Notes: generated by a model from the letters alone, not told the origin. DNA of 62,948 nucleotides, filler included, from Reclinomonas americana ATCC 50394 (GCA_048213135.1; 14 parts of 14 records of this genome joined end to end with filler, not necessarily neighbours in it), one strand, 5' to 3'; counted from the first letter of the whole stretch, positions 10,881-25,789 are shown. Program-made: numbers and translations.

Positions 10881-13711
10881 ATGAGTGAGTCGCTGCTTCA
10901 TGAGATCCACCAGCTGGTGGTCGATGAAGTGGCACTCGCCGATGCACGACGTGGCATCCAGCGACGCGCGGAAGGTGCAGTCACAAAGTGAAAGTCACTT
11001 TGATGTGCCCGCGCTCACTCTCTCTCTCTCTCATACACAGAGGCATGCAGTAGCATGTGGTCTGTGCGACAGGAGTCTGTGACACCGGTGTTTCCCGGCA
11101 CCAATGAGCCCGTGCCACAATCCTTTGTCTCCAGCGAGGCTGTCATATCCGACACGCACAAGGAGGCCTTTCGCACCGAGTCAGCCGCCTATCAGGCTCT
11201 TCATGTGAACAAAGTGCTGCCACAGTTGCGTCTTTCCCCTGTCAGGCGTGCGTGTGTGATTCTCCTCCACTCACATGGTATCAATAGCATTCGACGTGTG
11301 GAGTCTACAGTGATTGCCTTGTATCGGCACCTGGATGCTCTGTTTGCTGCTGGCGAGTTCGAGGCGGTGCTGCGCGAGTTCGAGATCATTTGCGACGCGA
11401 TTCGTTGCGTCTTCCGTGTGCTTGTTTGAGTTGTCTGCGTGCTGATGATGACGGATTCTCCCCGCAGGATCGTGGACGGGCGCGACGCGATCGACGCATG
11501 CGTGTGGTGCGCTGGAGCGAGTGGCTGCGGTGGTGGCGCGGCGTCTGTGGCGCTGTGTGCAGGAATGGGAGCAGGTGCGCGATGGAGCGGAGACGGTGTC
11601 GGCGGTGTCGGAGGTGTCGATGGTCGCTTCGCCGGAGAAGGGCGCGCTGGATTTCTTCGATGAGGTGTTTGGCGCCGCCTCCGCCACCGCTCCGACGGCG
11701 GCTGCTGGTGGTGCTCCCACTGCGGCAGCGACACCCGGACCGCCGCCCTCTGCCGCAGCACCGACACACTTCAGCAGCAGCAGCAGCAGCTCACCCAATC
11801 GACACTCGCCGACTCGCGGCTTTCGGCTCTCGCCCGTGCTTCGTCTGACAGAGGCTGTGGTGAAGCGGATCCGCCAGCTGCTGGTAGAAGAGGCGCTGCA
11901 TGCGGCCACCGCAGCCATGACCTCGCAGACGTCGGCTCTGGGTGCGCGACAGGCCAGTGATGGTTCCGGAATTCTCCAGTCGGTTTGTGTGTATTGTCTG
12001 CCGTGCGCCTCCTTATTGTTGTTTTCCTCGTTATTCAAGCACGTGCGCAGTTGTCTGTGGTGGAGATTGCACAACTCGACATGCTTTCTCGCTTCGGCGA
12101 CATGGTGATGGATCGCTTCCGGACTCTTGCACGCGATGAGAGTGACCCAGCAGGTATGTTAAGAGGCCTCCTTGCGCTTTCTTCTCTCTCTCACACACAC
12201 CACGACTGTGGCGCAGTGCTGGTCGACAAACTGCGGGTGGCCGTGATGCGCTTCTTCACGGCACTCGAATGGAACCTGGCGGCGCCCGAGTTGCAGTCAC
12301 TGGATGCAGATGTGGTGCTTGCGTCGCTGTTCGCTCCGCTCCACCGCACCTTTGATTGGCTGTGCCGCATCAAGGGAGCGACCACGGTGGCCGCCTATGT
12401 CTTTGACAAAATGTCGAGTCTCGTCACAGTCTACCCGCAGGCACTGTTGCCGCAGCTGCTGCAGGCCGCACTGCAGGCCGAGTGGCCAGCTCGCATGTTT
12501 TGCTCTCCCNNNNNNNNNNNNNNNNNNNNNNNNNNNNNNNNNNNNNNNNNNNNTTAATTAATTAANNNNNNNNNNNNNNNNNNNNNNNNNNNNNNNNNNN
12601 NNNNNNNNNGTTGCATCACGATCCGAGCATGGTCGGCGTGATGATGGTAGAGTGGATGAATGCGTACGGCGAACTCGTGCAAGTACCGTGTTCGGCTGGT
12701 GAGTCGATGGCGCACCTTTGCTGGCTAGTTGCTCCTGCGCATGTGGAGTGACACGCTGCGGCCTCGTTGCAGGTGCTACACCGGCGCACTTGCTGCCACT
12801 GGAGGTGCTCACACGCGCAACTTGCGATGCATGGCGACTGGAGATGGCCGAAGTCGACTGGCTCTTCCAGCTCGCCACACAAGGACCGGCACCACGAGGT
12901 TCTTCGAGCTCGCCAACGTGATTGCGAGGGTGGCTGACTGACTGTCGTTCCGTACCTTCTGTGCACAGAGAAAAGCGCAGAGATTGCACTCGGTGTCATC
13001 TCGCGCATCTCGTGGCCGATGCAGACGAGCGAGATTCGCTTCCGAGTGTGCGACTGGATGTGTCGACGAGTCGCCAGCGCGCAGCCGCCAGTCATGCCCG
13101 TGGGTGCGAGTGGAGGCATGTACGGGAATGCGCTCCCTCGGCCCATGATGCCGCCGCCGGAGCTCGTCTCCAGCAACACCAACTCGCTGATGTATGGGTG
13201 CGGAGTGTGCGCACGCATTAATTGCACACGCACTGGTCGCTAACGACAAGCATGCATGCTGTAGCTACAACCCGTCCATTGATTTGTACGGCTCAGCGTC
13301 TGCCATTCCACTTCCGTCCACCACTGGACTCTACGCTCCGCCGCCATCCGCCGCGCCGCAGCCAAATGCACGATCGGGGCCGTCGCAGCGCACCGAGGAC
13401 GCTGCGCGTCAACTCACGCCACCCGAACGCTGGATTCGGCAGCTGGTGAATGGCGAGGTGGTGGGCTGCCAGATCTTTGAGGGGCCGTGGGAGCCCGAGT
13501 GCCTGCGACGCATCTTTTCGCACTTCTCCATGACCATGTCGGCAGTGTGGAACGAGCATATTGCGGCATTTGACTTGCTGTTGCGACTCGGAGCGGCCGC
13601 GCACGATTTCCTCGTGGCCACTCGTCGCTCCGAGGCGGAGCACTTGCCTGGCTTTGACAGTGAGACGGCCGCGGCAGCGCGAAAGTCCGAGGTTTGTTTG
13701 TGCTCTCTCTC

Positions 13712-13744
<33 letters not shown>

Positions 13745-16700
13745 CGGCTGACACTGTTGCGCAGTGCTTCCGCCGTGCACTGCACACGTGGAACGTCGCG
13801 CCGTGCCTATCTCGTGTGGCTGCCGAGTGGGAGCCGTCGCACACGCGAGTGTGGCTGAATGCTCTCCGCTCTCTGATGTTGACTGCCGAGCGACTTGAGG
13901 TGTGTGGAAGAAGAAGAGTGTTGTTCGACCGTCGAATTATGACTGACGTGAGGCAATGGATCAGGTGTCGCTGGACCGTGAGTGCATCACCACGCTGTCA
14001 ATCACGATCCCGTCGTACCTGCAATCGTATGCGGAGATCCAGCAAAATCTTCGTCAGCTCATCTTGCAGCAGTCGCAGCAGAGCCGTCGCTTGGCCTGTC
14101 TGTGGACGTCGCTCATTGGCAGTCAGGTGTGTGCACGTGCTCCGTCGTCCGTTCGTCTCACAGTGCTGCTGCATCGCTGATGTCGCGCGTGCGTGCAGTT
14201 GAGCGTGCACCCCATGTTTGAGGCTCTATTCAATGAGATTGTCGGGTGCGCCTGCACGTGTTACGGACTGGCGGTCGTCAACGAGCTGGCCGCCGTGCAG
14301 TGCGTCAATACCACCCACGGAAGCGTCAGCGAGTTCCTGATTGTCCACATGTTGGATAAGCAGAGTTGCGTGTGGCGTGTCAGTAGGCAGGTGGTTCCAC
14401 CCCCCGCTGCATACTCAAGTCTTCTCTCGATGCAGTGTACTGGACCACGTTCCTGTATGCCACGCTGAGCGTGCAGATGGGCACCGAGACACGCCTTGTG
14501 TGGAAGCGACTGTTCAATCGCGCGCTGATGGCCGTTCCCGAGGCCATGCAGCTGCCTGCCTTGTTGCCACTGTTGCATGGCATTTTGTCGTCGTCGTGCT
14601 TGCAAGGTGACACCTGACAATGTGTGTGTTTCTTTATGCCACACATTAACTTGCTCACCTCGTCTCGCGTGCCGCAGAGCTCCACGTGGAGGAGGCGCAG
14701 ATGCTGCGCGACCAGTTCCTCGCATTTTCACTCGGTGCTGTGGAGGCTGCAGATTTGTCGCAGCTGTGGGGTGCATGTGCGGCCGATCAGACTGCACTCG
14801 CCATGTTGCGTAGATGCAGCGTTCTTGCACTCCACAATGAGACCCGCCGCTGTGCTGAACCAACAGTGCCACATTAGTGAGCTGATTGACAGAATACTAA
14901 AGGACATGGCGCGAGAGCGCTACCCTGCACCACCTGCCGCGTCGGCAAGTCGCACTGCTGCTATTGCCGCTGGTGCCAGTCAGGTTCACACATGTGCAAG
15001 ATTGCTTTACCGCTGTGTCCGCTCACTGCCACATCCGTGCAGTCGGTATGGGAGGCACACGCTCTGCGTGCTCGCACGCTGCTGAACCGAAAGGGCGACA
15101 ATGCTGTTGCCGCACAACGTGCTTCTGCGGATGCGATTGAACTCACTCTCGACGAGCGGTACGTCTGTCTCTTTCCTGGTGGCGGTGCTGATGTTGCTCA
15201 TTTCCGTGCCTCGTGACAGACTCCATCACATTGAAAACTGGAAGCTGCTACTCGTGCAGGCGCTGGATCCGAGTTGCGATCGACCGTTCTCCATTGTGAT
15301 TCTGTATATTTCTTGCTGACGAGTATGCACACGTGCAGCGGTATTGGAAGCTGCCATGAGCAACGTTGTCATTTGCGAACTGCGCTATCAGCAGGATTTG
15401 CGCGAGCTGGCCGTTTCGTTTTTTGCTCTTTGTGTGCGTGTTTCCGTCTCCCCTCACACACGCCTCACGATGTTGCGCGGTAGGAACTCGATGCGCACTA
15501 CTTGGCCCTGTGCGTTCAACTGTTCCGTACTGAGCGCGTGACCTCGCAAAGTTCTGTCGCCTTCACTGCATCTCTCCAATGCGCGCACCACTTCCTGATT
15601 GCATTGTCCTTGNNNNNNNNNNNNNNNNNNNNNNNNNNNNNNNNNNNNNNNNNNNNTTAATTAATTAANNNNNNNNNNNNNNNNNNNNNNNNNNNNNNNN
15701 NNNNNNNNNNNNCGGCGTGGCCAATCATCAAGATGCACCGCACCGCATTCCCGAGAGTATCTTGCACAAGCTGCGTTTGTGCTGTGAACAGCTGGAGGCG
15801 GTCGGCTGCCGCGACTGGACCTCCCAGGAACAGTTTCGTTGCAGTGATCGTTGTCTGCGGATGATTTCTGCTGCTCAACATCATGATTCCTCGCAGTCTG
15901 CTGCGCGCCCTCCTGCTGGTTCCAGACAACGTGTTTGACGACGATCAAGGTAATGCCAGTGAGCTGTGTTCTTGCCTTTCATTTGTTGTTGCTTACCTGG
16001 TGCGCAGAGTGTGAGGGCCCTCTCACCACGCTGCTTGCTGCCTTTGCTCCGGCCGTCCTGGTGCATCAGCGCGCGGTCTCGGTGGACACATGCATCGCTG
16101 AAGGGTGCGTGCGCGTGTGTGCAGCAGCCTCTTGTCAATAATTACGTCTCTTATACCTGCCTCACAGATCGCTGTATCATCGTCTTCTGGTCGAGTGCGT
16201 CCGGTGGCTCCAACAGCAGGGCGCCGTCGGCAGCCGCAAAGGCGCCAAGCTGCTGCAAGCCTTTGACATTGCGCGTGTTGGTACAGCGTTGTTGGCAGTG
16301 GCCGCGCACGAAGTTGCGTGCCGCCTGTACTCGCTCTTGTACGACGCGTGACATCCTCCTCACCTTTGTCGGTCCTCCACCAGTCGGCGGTTCCACAAGT
16401 CGAACGCGTCGTGTTGCCGCTGGCCGAATTGGCACTGTCCGATGTGCACTTGTCGGCCGCGTCTCACGGCCTGTTCAAGGCCCTGCAGCAGGTATGCACG
16501 CACGCATTCTCCGTTTGGCATTTGCCTCGTAGGGCTGACTTTGTGCAATTGCAGCACGTGCCGCACCGGCTGATGAACCTCTTCCAGTCGTCTCTCGAGA
16601 GCCACTTGGCGGCATTGACGGCTGCCGCCGCTGCCGAGGGTCAGCAGCACCGAGCGTGGCCTCAGTTTGCTCCGCTGTTTGCCAGCCTCGACAACACACA

Positions 16701-19700
16701 GGTAGGGCGACGTGACAGATCCCATTGTGTCACCACCACCTTGACCGCTGATTTCCTGTGCGTCGTCACAGCTGCAAATTTGCATCCGCCTGGTCCGGCC
16801 ACAGGCGGCCACCTTGTCGTCACGCCCGCAGTCGTGTTGCCTGCTGGTGCTCCAGGTGCTGGTCGATTTGTTGTCAGGTGTGTTTGTGGATACGACTGTG
16901 TGCACATTCGTGGTGGTGTGTGTTCATGCGTGTGCGCGCGTAGTGATCGATGACTCGTCTGTCGGCGGCATGTACGCCGAAGTGGAATCGATGCTGCGAG
17001 ATGTGTTCAGAGCCGCTGCCGACCACGCGGTGGTGAGAGCGTACTGCTTGTCGTTGCAGGAGAGCGGGCTTTGACGATTGACTGAAATCGTGTGTTGTAC
17101 CGACAGGCTGAGTTCATGCAACATGTTGCTCCTGCGCGCTTCTGGGTGCGCCTTCTTCACGGTCTCCGCTCCATTGTGCAGCGGCTGGTCGACCACCACC
17201 CACAGCTCGTCAATCTGTTGCTGGTTGCCGTCTTCACTTCGCTGCTGCCGGCCATGGCGTCGATGGACAGCTACGGTTTGTTTTCTTGGGGTGCGAACAC
17301 GACGAGTCATGGTTGCTGACGCACGGAGATGTGTGCATGTTGGTGCAGAGCATCTGGAGCAAATGCGCCTTTTCGTGCTCTCACTGCCCATGGCATCCCG
17401 CGACATTCTGCTCCATGTGACACACGCTCCGCTCTTGCTCGGCTTCCTGAGACACTCCACCTCGCGCATGTCCAAGTTGAATGCACTGCTGCTGCAGACA
17501 GCAGCAATGGCCGACAGGTTCGTCACCTCTCTTTATATTGCCGCCGCATGCACCCTCAATCTTATCATATCATGCAACCCGCGCAGTGCGTCGGCGGCGG
17601 CACCAGCAGCAGCAGCACCGGCACCGGCACAACCGAGTGTAGCCCCGTACCCGCAGCTGACATATGTTCAATCGAACGCAAATTCGTCGGCTGCGCCAGC
17701 ACAATCGCAAGCACCACCGCCACCGCCGCCGCCACCACCACCCCCAGCGCCACCAGCGCCCTCTGCAGCATCCTCGCTGGCTCTTCTGCGGCAATTGGCC
17801 GAAGCGTGGCAGGAGTTGACGCTGGCCTGGGTGAATGTGTTCTCGTGGCGCCTGCTGTGCCAGAACTCCGACATGATGGCGCTGGCATTCGAGTACCTCA
17901 GCTGGGCGTTGCAGTGGGGTTTCCTCACTGGCTGCCCGGTGCCCGAGGCACTGCGCACGTTCTTTACACATGGTGCGTCGTGCTGGCTACCAATTCAACG
18001 CACTGAGACCTCACACCAACCGACTGTTCGTGTCACGCAGAAATCTCGTGGACAACTGCGTCGCCTGCACTCATTCAGTCGCGTCTGCCGAACACGATTC
18101 TCGCCCGCCTGATTCTCCGTTTCGTGTCGGACACCGGTGCTCTTCCTTCTTGGGTCCTTGCTGTGCGAGCTAATGGTTGCTGCAGTGCACGGACCGTCGA
18201 TCGGACATGAGGATCTCGGTGCGCGAGTCATTGGCTTCCTTCGGTTGCTGTACGACATGGCAAATGCGCCCGATGCGGTGCCACTGGCAGCTCTTGATGA
18301 AGTCGGGGTCGCGCTAGGCTCGTATCCGTCTCTGAGTGTGTCGTCGCCCTCGGCGTCCGCCGCTTCTGGGTCGGCGCCGTCACCATCGGCAGCATTGCTG
18401 ATGTCGCCTGATCGAGCACGCCTTGTTGGCGACGCTGATCGCCTGGAGTTTGTGGAAGAGAGTGGCACATCGGCTCTCGACTTCCGGCCCTCGGCGACCG
18501 AACGCCCCAATCCCTTGGCGCTGGTGTGCGCGCGAGAAGCACGATCTGTGCTGTTCTTCTTTGTCAGTGTCTCGGACAGCGCTCCTCGTTGCGTTTGTAT
18601 GTGTGCGCGCTGAGAACGCTGCTTGTTTGTCTCGATTGGTGCTCACGGAGTGGTCTGGTTGAAAAGAGTGCTGGTCGCTCACCGCCAAGGACCATGTAAC
18701 TATTGTAAATGATATCATTATCCCGCTGGCCGTGCACTTTGGCCACACCACGCCGGGAGTGTTGACGGCACTGACGACATGCTTGTCGGTGTGCAAGTCA
18801 CTTCAGCACATTGGTGAGTCCCGCTTTCTCTTTCTCCCCTGCCTTTCTCCTCTCGCTTTCTCATTTCTCGCGGTCGCAGGAGGGGCCGGTGCAATGCTCG
18901 ACCCGTCCGTCGGCAACGCATGGCTTCGGCGTGCCGGCGACTTTAGCCTGGTCTCGGAGGCCCTGGCGGCGTTCGAGGCTCCGGCTGTGGACTCGCAAGA
19001 CAGCCGCAACATCAAGGAAGTTGTCGAGTGCCTCAACTCTTTGTCGACGTCGCACCGGCCGGTGGTCTTGCGGTTCACCGAGTTCCCGGGAATCTCCACC
19101 CTTCTCAACATGCGTGTGTTGCGTTCCGCTTCACCCGTCATTTCTGCTATTCATTTCTCCTTGGCCGATTGCTCACCGACACGCACAACAGATATCCGTC
19201 GTTCTCGCATCCCTCCTGCATCGACATGCACAGCGGGTACGAACCCGAATGGGTGCGTCTGTGGGACCGCGTGGCGCATCTGGTTCTCTTTGCCTGCTCG
19301 CAGTGCCATCCTCCAGTCGCACTCGAGCTCGTGCGTGTGGCGCCCACGAGTTGCGTTCAGTTGTCCGTGCCCGTTACGTGCGAATGCTCACGATTTCGTG
19401 TTGCGCAGCCATGATGCCCACACCAGCAATGGCCCGTCTCCTGGAAGAGTCGTACTTTGCTTTCTACTCGCAAACTGGCGCAGCCACTGCACACACACAC
19501 GCGTCTGCCGCACTGACACTCCCGCCGGTGCCACTCGGCAAATTCCAGCAGGTTTGTGTTTTGCATGCACGAGCGTGAGTGTCGCATGCGCAGCTTATTT
19601 CTCACACTTGCGACACAGTTGTGCGTGGAGGCCTTTTGCCCACTGACGCTGTACACGCTGTGTCGCAAGTGCCTCGGTAGTGTGTGGATCGAGGCCGAGT

Positions 19701-20693
19701 CGTCTGCGTCGCTGGCAGGCGGCCCCATGCAGCACGTGTCGTTCCGCCACGCAAACTCCATCAACGGTGTCCCCGTCGGCGACGTCAGCTCGCGGCTGCG
19801 ATCATCCGAGCCCGCACTCACCTCCGAGATCGTGGAAGTGTGCAGTGCGGTCAACCGATTCCAGCCGTCACTGGTTCAGTCGCGACCGTTTGACGTGCTG
19901 CCTCTGTGGTTCCTGTTCCTGGAGCTGTGCGAGAGTGTAGCATTCGAGGGCGACGAGACAGCCCTGGCTGCACAGGTCTGCGTGTGCGTGCACGGTTGGC
20001 AAGAGTCTGCGCATATATGCTCACCTGTTGTTCTCCGTTGTTCCACAGTTGTCGGCCTTCCTAGAGCATCTCGATGCGGTTCGTCGCTCGCTGAAGGGCG
20101 AGTCGGAGAACACGGGAGTGTTGTCTCGCATGCGTCAGTGGCTGAGCAACACGCTGCATGGCCTCTCTCGGTCGGCCTCCTCGTCTGCGGCCGCGGGAGC
20201 AATCGCCTCTGCCCCGCTCCCGGCGGGCGAGTCGTCGCTGCAACCGCTGGCGCCCTCCGCTAGTCAGGCTGCCTCTCCGGCTCCTGCTCACGGTACGCCG
20301 GAGACGCCAGCCACGTACCACCGTCAGCACGTGTTGGCGATGGACTTGGCCATTCGGTTGGTGCAGATGTACACACAGCGGTCGTTGTACCGCAGTCGCA
20401 TGGCGCAGGCGCCGGCGCAAGCCACGAAGGATCTCGAGCGACTCGACGCTGACGTGCAGAAACTGCTGGCTCTCAGCACGAATCCAGACTACTTGCTTTG
20501 TGCGTCTTTGCGCCCAATCTGCACGTGTGCCTCGTGCGCTCACACAGCTTGTGCGCGTGTGTGTTCTCGAACAGATCAACGATTCCTGGTGCGGGCAGGC
20601 GATTTGACATCTTCGCTCTTCACTCTCGACAGCTTGCGGCAAGTACTTTGCGAAGGCCTATTCCCCTTCGCGCCGTACCTCGCCACCGTGTGA
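10881..20693 (+). CDS. EPG5: Very large alpha-solenoid protein, EPG5-like (autophagy tether); spans two gaps
   Basis: About 10 kb with over 30 introns. The C-terminal LKGESENTGVLS, QKLLALSTNPDY and LCEGLFPFAPYL resemble, from memory, the EPG5 segments LGEERAGSGLLG, ESMASSKQY and LVNCLYPEVHYL. No search was run. Confidence 0.55.
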
Positions 20694-20754
20694 CGTGTGG
20701 GCGGATTGTAAAATGAAAAAATGAAAACATATACAAGCATTTCTGTTGATGCTG

Positions 20755-23224
20755 TCACCGCCTGTCATGGTCGACTTCCTCTACGCGCCGTCTCCAGTCG
20801 GCCAGCATGAGTTGGTGGCGCGAATCAACAAACACCATACTAGCCATCACCGACCACACCAACGACGACCCTTCTTCCATGTCCAACGGGTCGGTCATCG
20901 GCTGCAGTACGTCAAGTGCCGCCTCGACGTCGGCCACCTCCTGCGCCATGATGCAAGCTGCATCGTGTTTCGGTCAGCATCTGACCTCTCGCACTCATCA
21001 AGTGAGTAGCATTAGGTCGCGTACCTTCGTGCAAGGTGTACACCATCAGGGCTCCGTCACCGTCGTACGACTCGGGCGCCAGTGCAATGGGACCAAGGCC
21101 GTCGCCAATGTCGGCCACCACGAGTGCTGTCAGGCCAGTGCTGGCCCCTCGGCACACATGCAAACACTGCAAGGGGTCGGCCGACCAGGTGCACACGGCG
21201 CCGTCGCTGCATGCCGTCACGAGAAATCTGTCGTCACCGACCATAAACTTGACACTGCAAGCGGCGAGAAGTGTGCGTGTGGGGTGAGTTTGATGATTTG
21301 TTGCTGTCATTGACAATCACCGCGTCGCACCTGGTTATTGAGGCGCGATATCGCTGAGCGGGACAGATGAGTCGGCCAGACTTGACACAAAAGACGCCCA
21401 ACAGCCACGGTTTCGGCTCGAGTCCGTAGGTGCCGGCGGCGAGCATGAGACCGTCGCTGCTGAAAGCGAGGCACGCAACGCTGGGACTTCGCTCGCCGCT
21501 CAGTGGGGCCACTGAGGCGGGGAAGCGAAGTGTACACGAGGTGCCCTTGTCCTTTGTTTCCTCCGTCTGCAGCCACGACGCCGTGTCCCACATGCGAATG
21601 GTGCCATCGTCGGAGCCGCTTGCCATCAACCCGTGCACGGGATCCATGGCCAGGGCGGTCACATACTGCGCGACAGAGAGAAAAAGAAAGAATAGCGAGT
21701 GTTGAGCTCGTCATCGCCACCCTGCACATCGATTCTCTCTCCGGTGCGCAGCGCACCGACAAGCCAACGCTGTGATCAAAAATTGCTCGACGGCCGCTGA
21801 CTGTGGGCGGTGCGCCAGCCTGCTCCGCCAATCTGATATCCATGGTGCGGATGCTACCGTCGAGGCGACCGGCCAGTAAAATGTCGCCCGCCGGTGAGAT
21901 GGCCAGGCTTCGCATCGGCATCGAGCCCGTGTGGCGCTGCAGAATGGTGCCACTGACGGTGTGGAATGAAAGTGAGTGCGATGCGCAGATTCTCGAGCGC
22001 GGCAACCGCTTGTATACCTTTTGGCATTGCACATGGCAACAGCGCAGTCCACAGACGCCGAAAAGATAATCGCCTTGTCGGTGGGGTGAGCCACAATCCC
22101 ATACTGTTTGTTTGTTGTTGACAAGAGTGGCCACAATCAGTCACGAGACGCAAATTTGTGTTTTTTTCGCGCACACACGTACCACATTGGCCTGGTGGGG
22201 CTGCATGAAGAAGCGGCGTCGCACACACAAGCTTTCGCGCTTACTAGCCGCATTGGTGCGTGCAGGATCTCNNNNNNNNNNNNNNNNNNNNNNNNNNNNN
22301 NNNNNNNNNNNNNNNTTAATTAATTAANNNNNNNNNNNNNNNNNNNNNNNNNNNNNNNNNNNNNNNNNNNNCGTGGTTGTCGTGATGGAAGTGTTGGTCG
22401 GCGCAGTTGCGGGCCGCGCAGTCGCGGCCGTTGGTTTGGGAGCTGGGTATGCAGTAGTGAGAAGGCACGAGTAAGTATAAGTAAGTCACACTTGCTCTAC
22501 GGCGCTGCGTACCGACATGCAGGCGAATCGGCGCGACACCCTGCCGTATCAGTGCTTGCCGTGGCTGTGGCGGCAATGGAGGGAACTCGGCCAGAAATGA
22601 GGCCTCTGCCGCAGCACGCGCCGCAAGTCGACTGGACGGGAACATGGCTGGAATTGGCGCACCGGCGACACGCGAGGCCGAGTTGGGTGCGGAGCGGGTC
22701 GAGCTGGCGCGTCCACCGGCCGACGACCGTGTAGACGACGCAGGAGAAGGGTCAGCCGACAGCACAGCCTCCAGTTCGGGCAGTGAGCACGCGGAGAGTG
22801 ACTCTCTCGCGGCTGTAGTAGCACACACTGTGTTGGCCACGCACGCACTCACAAAAACAACGGCAACAGAGATCTGAAACGAACCAGCGGCGGCTGCAGA
22901 TCCAGAAGCTCCCTCCGAAGGCGGATGGGGTTCCATGGTGTTTGCTGGTGTCACGAGCGTGTTGTTCTGCGGTGCAGTCAGCTTGAATGCCCCCATTCCT
23001 GCTGCGGCAGACCGTGGCAGTGAAAGTTGCAGGGGTGGTGGCGGAGGCAACAATTGTGCCACCAATGGTGGTCGATCCACGGCCATGCTTGTAACATGTG
23101 CGTTGTCACTGTCGACATGCGCGGCCCTCACATGTGACGCACCAACGTCGCTCTCACTCCCGTCGTGTTCCATGGCCACGGGCTCCATCACCCTGTGCTG
23201 TGCGTCATTGTGGATTTGATTCAT
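20755..23224 (-). CDS. WD40-repeat protein with a low-complexity N-terminus (spans a gap)
   Basis: Repeats VTALAMDPVHGLMASGSDDGTIRMWD, MRSLAISPAGDILLAGRLDGSIRTMD and VKFMVGDDRFLVTACSDGAVCTW. Joining the N-terminal ORF 22373-23224 across the gap is an inference. Confidence 0.75.
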
Positions 23225-23455
23225 CAGTCACCAGCACCAGTGTGTTTTTTAACTTGTGCGCGAGTGCTCACCGTGGACAGAGGCACCGCTGTGTGAGGGC
23301 GTGTGTGTTGAAAAACACAGTCACGCGGCAGTCACGCGCGCCAGACACCACTCACTCAGGAGCTCTTCTCTCGCGCGGGCGCGAAATCTCGCTGTAAATG
23401 TTTCTTGTCTGACTGCAACGGTCAAGAAAGCGTTTCTTCTTCGATATTTACTGTT

Positions 23456-25544
23456 TCATGACGGATCGTCGTCATCGTCATCGCCATTGACAACTAGTGA
23501 CGGACCGGGTGCGTACCGATCGCCTGCGGCACTCACTTCGGTCGCCGCAGCGCCGCCCGTGATGTGCAAGTGTGAACTCGATCCTGAGATGCCCAGTGCT
23601 CGGTCCACGAAACTGCTGCTGGTGGAGCGCAGCGGGTTCGGCAACCTGTACAGATCGCACAACGCATCGGCTAGATCGTAGCCGAGTCGCTTGTCTGCAC
23701 GGTGGAGAGTGAGGGGGAAAATGCAGCAAAAGAGTACACACAAAGGCTCCGGACGAAACAGGACGCTGGTGTAAATTGTATGGGCTTGCGGCGTCCGTCC
23801 AGGGCGCAGTAGAACGACACCTCGAATGTGTAGCAGTGCGGGCCGAGGAGCAGGAACTCACCGAGTGCGCTGTGCAGACGAAATGGGTGCGCGACACAAA
23901 CACAATCACGAATCGACTGTGCACTCACCGACGACCCGACGCCAGCTTGCCCGGGTCTTTGCAGTACTTGGACGACGACAGGGAGAACATGGACGACCGA
24001 ACGGCCATCAGTTTCGGCAGTAACATGGCCTGCGGGAGCGAAAAGAACACGTCATGATGCAGCAGCAGCAGCAGCGACAGGAGAGGCAGCGACGTGTGTG
24101 GGAACCTGGTTCGCATAGGGTTGATGGTCGGACCAGTTGACGTACATGAAGCCGGAGGTGGCGTTGGAGTGTGCATGAATGTCGACGAACAAGTCGACAC
24201 CCTCCGGTTGCTTCATGTACTCGATAATATGTCGTCGCGTGGCATCAATCGTGGGATGGAACACGGACGGACTGCGGCACGACGAATGAGTTGGCATGGA
24301 TCTGGGGCACGCACGCAAGGCACACGAAACTTGAGCCAGGTACGATTGAGATCGTAGCCTAGCGCGTTGCAGCGATAGTTCCCCAGGAAGACGCCGTCGG
24401 GATTCAGCATCGGCACCACCACAAAGACCACATGGTCACGCAGCACCTGCGCCGCCGGGTGCGAGCTGAGGATAAAGTCGATGAACCCTTCGCAGATGAA
24501 CGATGCCGGTGTCTCGCCGGGGTGCACGCGTGCCGTGATGAACACCACGCGCTGCAGTTGTTGTCGGTGAGATGGATCGATGACAGTGGACGATACGGGA
24601 TGGAATACAGGGGAAAGCAGACCTTGGAGCGACGAGAGTCGGGATTGGTGACTGTGAGGACGTCGAGTCGTCGCTCGTGCAACGTACGGGTGAGCAAGTC
24701 GCGCCGTAGGAACGGAAGACGCAGGCTCTCCAAGTTATGCAGGTACTTTTGGAGACGGGTGTACCTAGGAGGGTGAATATGTGCGAGTGAGACAACAGAC
24801 AAACCGGGCACATGAGTGCGCTCGCGGTACGCACGTGTAGGGGAAGCAGTAGGCGAACTGGTACACGTCGTCGGGATCGTCAAAGGCAAAGAGGAAGGAG
24901 ATGACGTAGGCCTTGCCGTACTTCTTCGGGTGCTTGTACACCAGCATGTCACGTTCGGGAATGCGATGCCAGTGTGAGCTTCGTGGCCCCGACGATGTGC
25001 GCACCAGCGGCGTCATTCCCAGTCGGTGGAGACCCTTGCCCTTCTGCTCATCCACCCACATACGCACACAGTCACCATCCAGAGAGGGAGAGAGAGAGAG
25101 CGAGAAGAGAGAGGAAGCGCAACTGACGAGTTGACAATGTGAAAGAGAACCACTTGATCGCGCATGGCATTGCGCACAGAAAAGTAGAACCAAAGGCGGT
25201 ACTTGGAGTTGTTGGTGTCGGGCTGGATGCTGAGCTCGTACTCGAACTCGTTGAGTCGCTCAGCGCGCGCCAAGTTACCCGACTCGTGATTCGCATCGAA
25301 AATGAGCTGTGCGAGAGAGAGAGAGAGAGAGAGAGTTGAAGAAAAGAGAAGAGCACACACGACAGAGAGTTGGGAGAGAGGAGGGTGCGCAGGAGAACAG
25401 GGAGAGAGTGAGAGTGTGTGAGAAAAATCGACAGATATCGATGTGACGCACCTCTCCTCGTGGTGGTACCGCTGGAGTGAGAAGCGATGTGAGCAATGTA
25501 CAAGTGAGGAGAGAGACGCGTCGCAAGACAACGCAACAATCCAT
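23456..25544 (-). CDS. AGBL4: Cytosolic carboxypeptidase 6 (tubulin deglutamylase, M14D)
   Basis: Spliced MDSVPPRGELIFDANHESGNL, plus WFYFSV, YQFAYCFPYTY, FITARVHPGETPASF, PMLNPDGVFLGNYR, DLNRTW, VDIHAHS and CYTFEVSFY, all collinear with CCP6. Confidence 0.9.
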
Positions 25545-25789
25545 GTTCTGAGTTGTCTTCTCTCGCTGTCAGACACAATTTGAACCCTTGAACGGACACA
25601 GTCGACGTTGGCCGCGCATAGATCATTCCTCGCGGGCGGGCGCGGTCGGCCAAGTGCGATGAGGGAATAGAAAAGGTCAACAACTGCTGCTCTGATGCAC
25701 GTCACAGCAAAGATACATCCGATATGGTCGATATCACGGACTCACGACGTTGACGGAGCTGCAAAACAACAACAACAGCATCCCTTCAC

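Noticed and set aside
18615..18700. Apparent in-frame TGA (EWSG*KECW) suggesting stop-codon recoding
   Set aside because: It is removed by the intron 18588-18666 (C|GTTGCG...AAAG), giving APQCWSLT.
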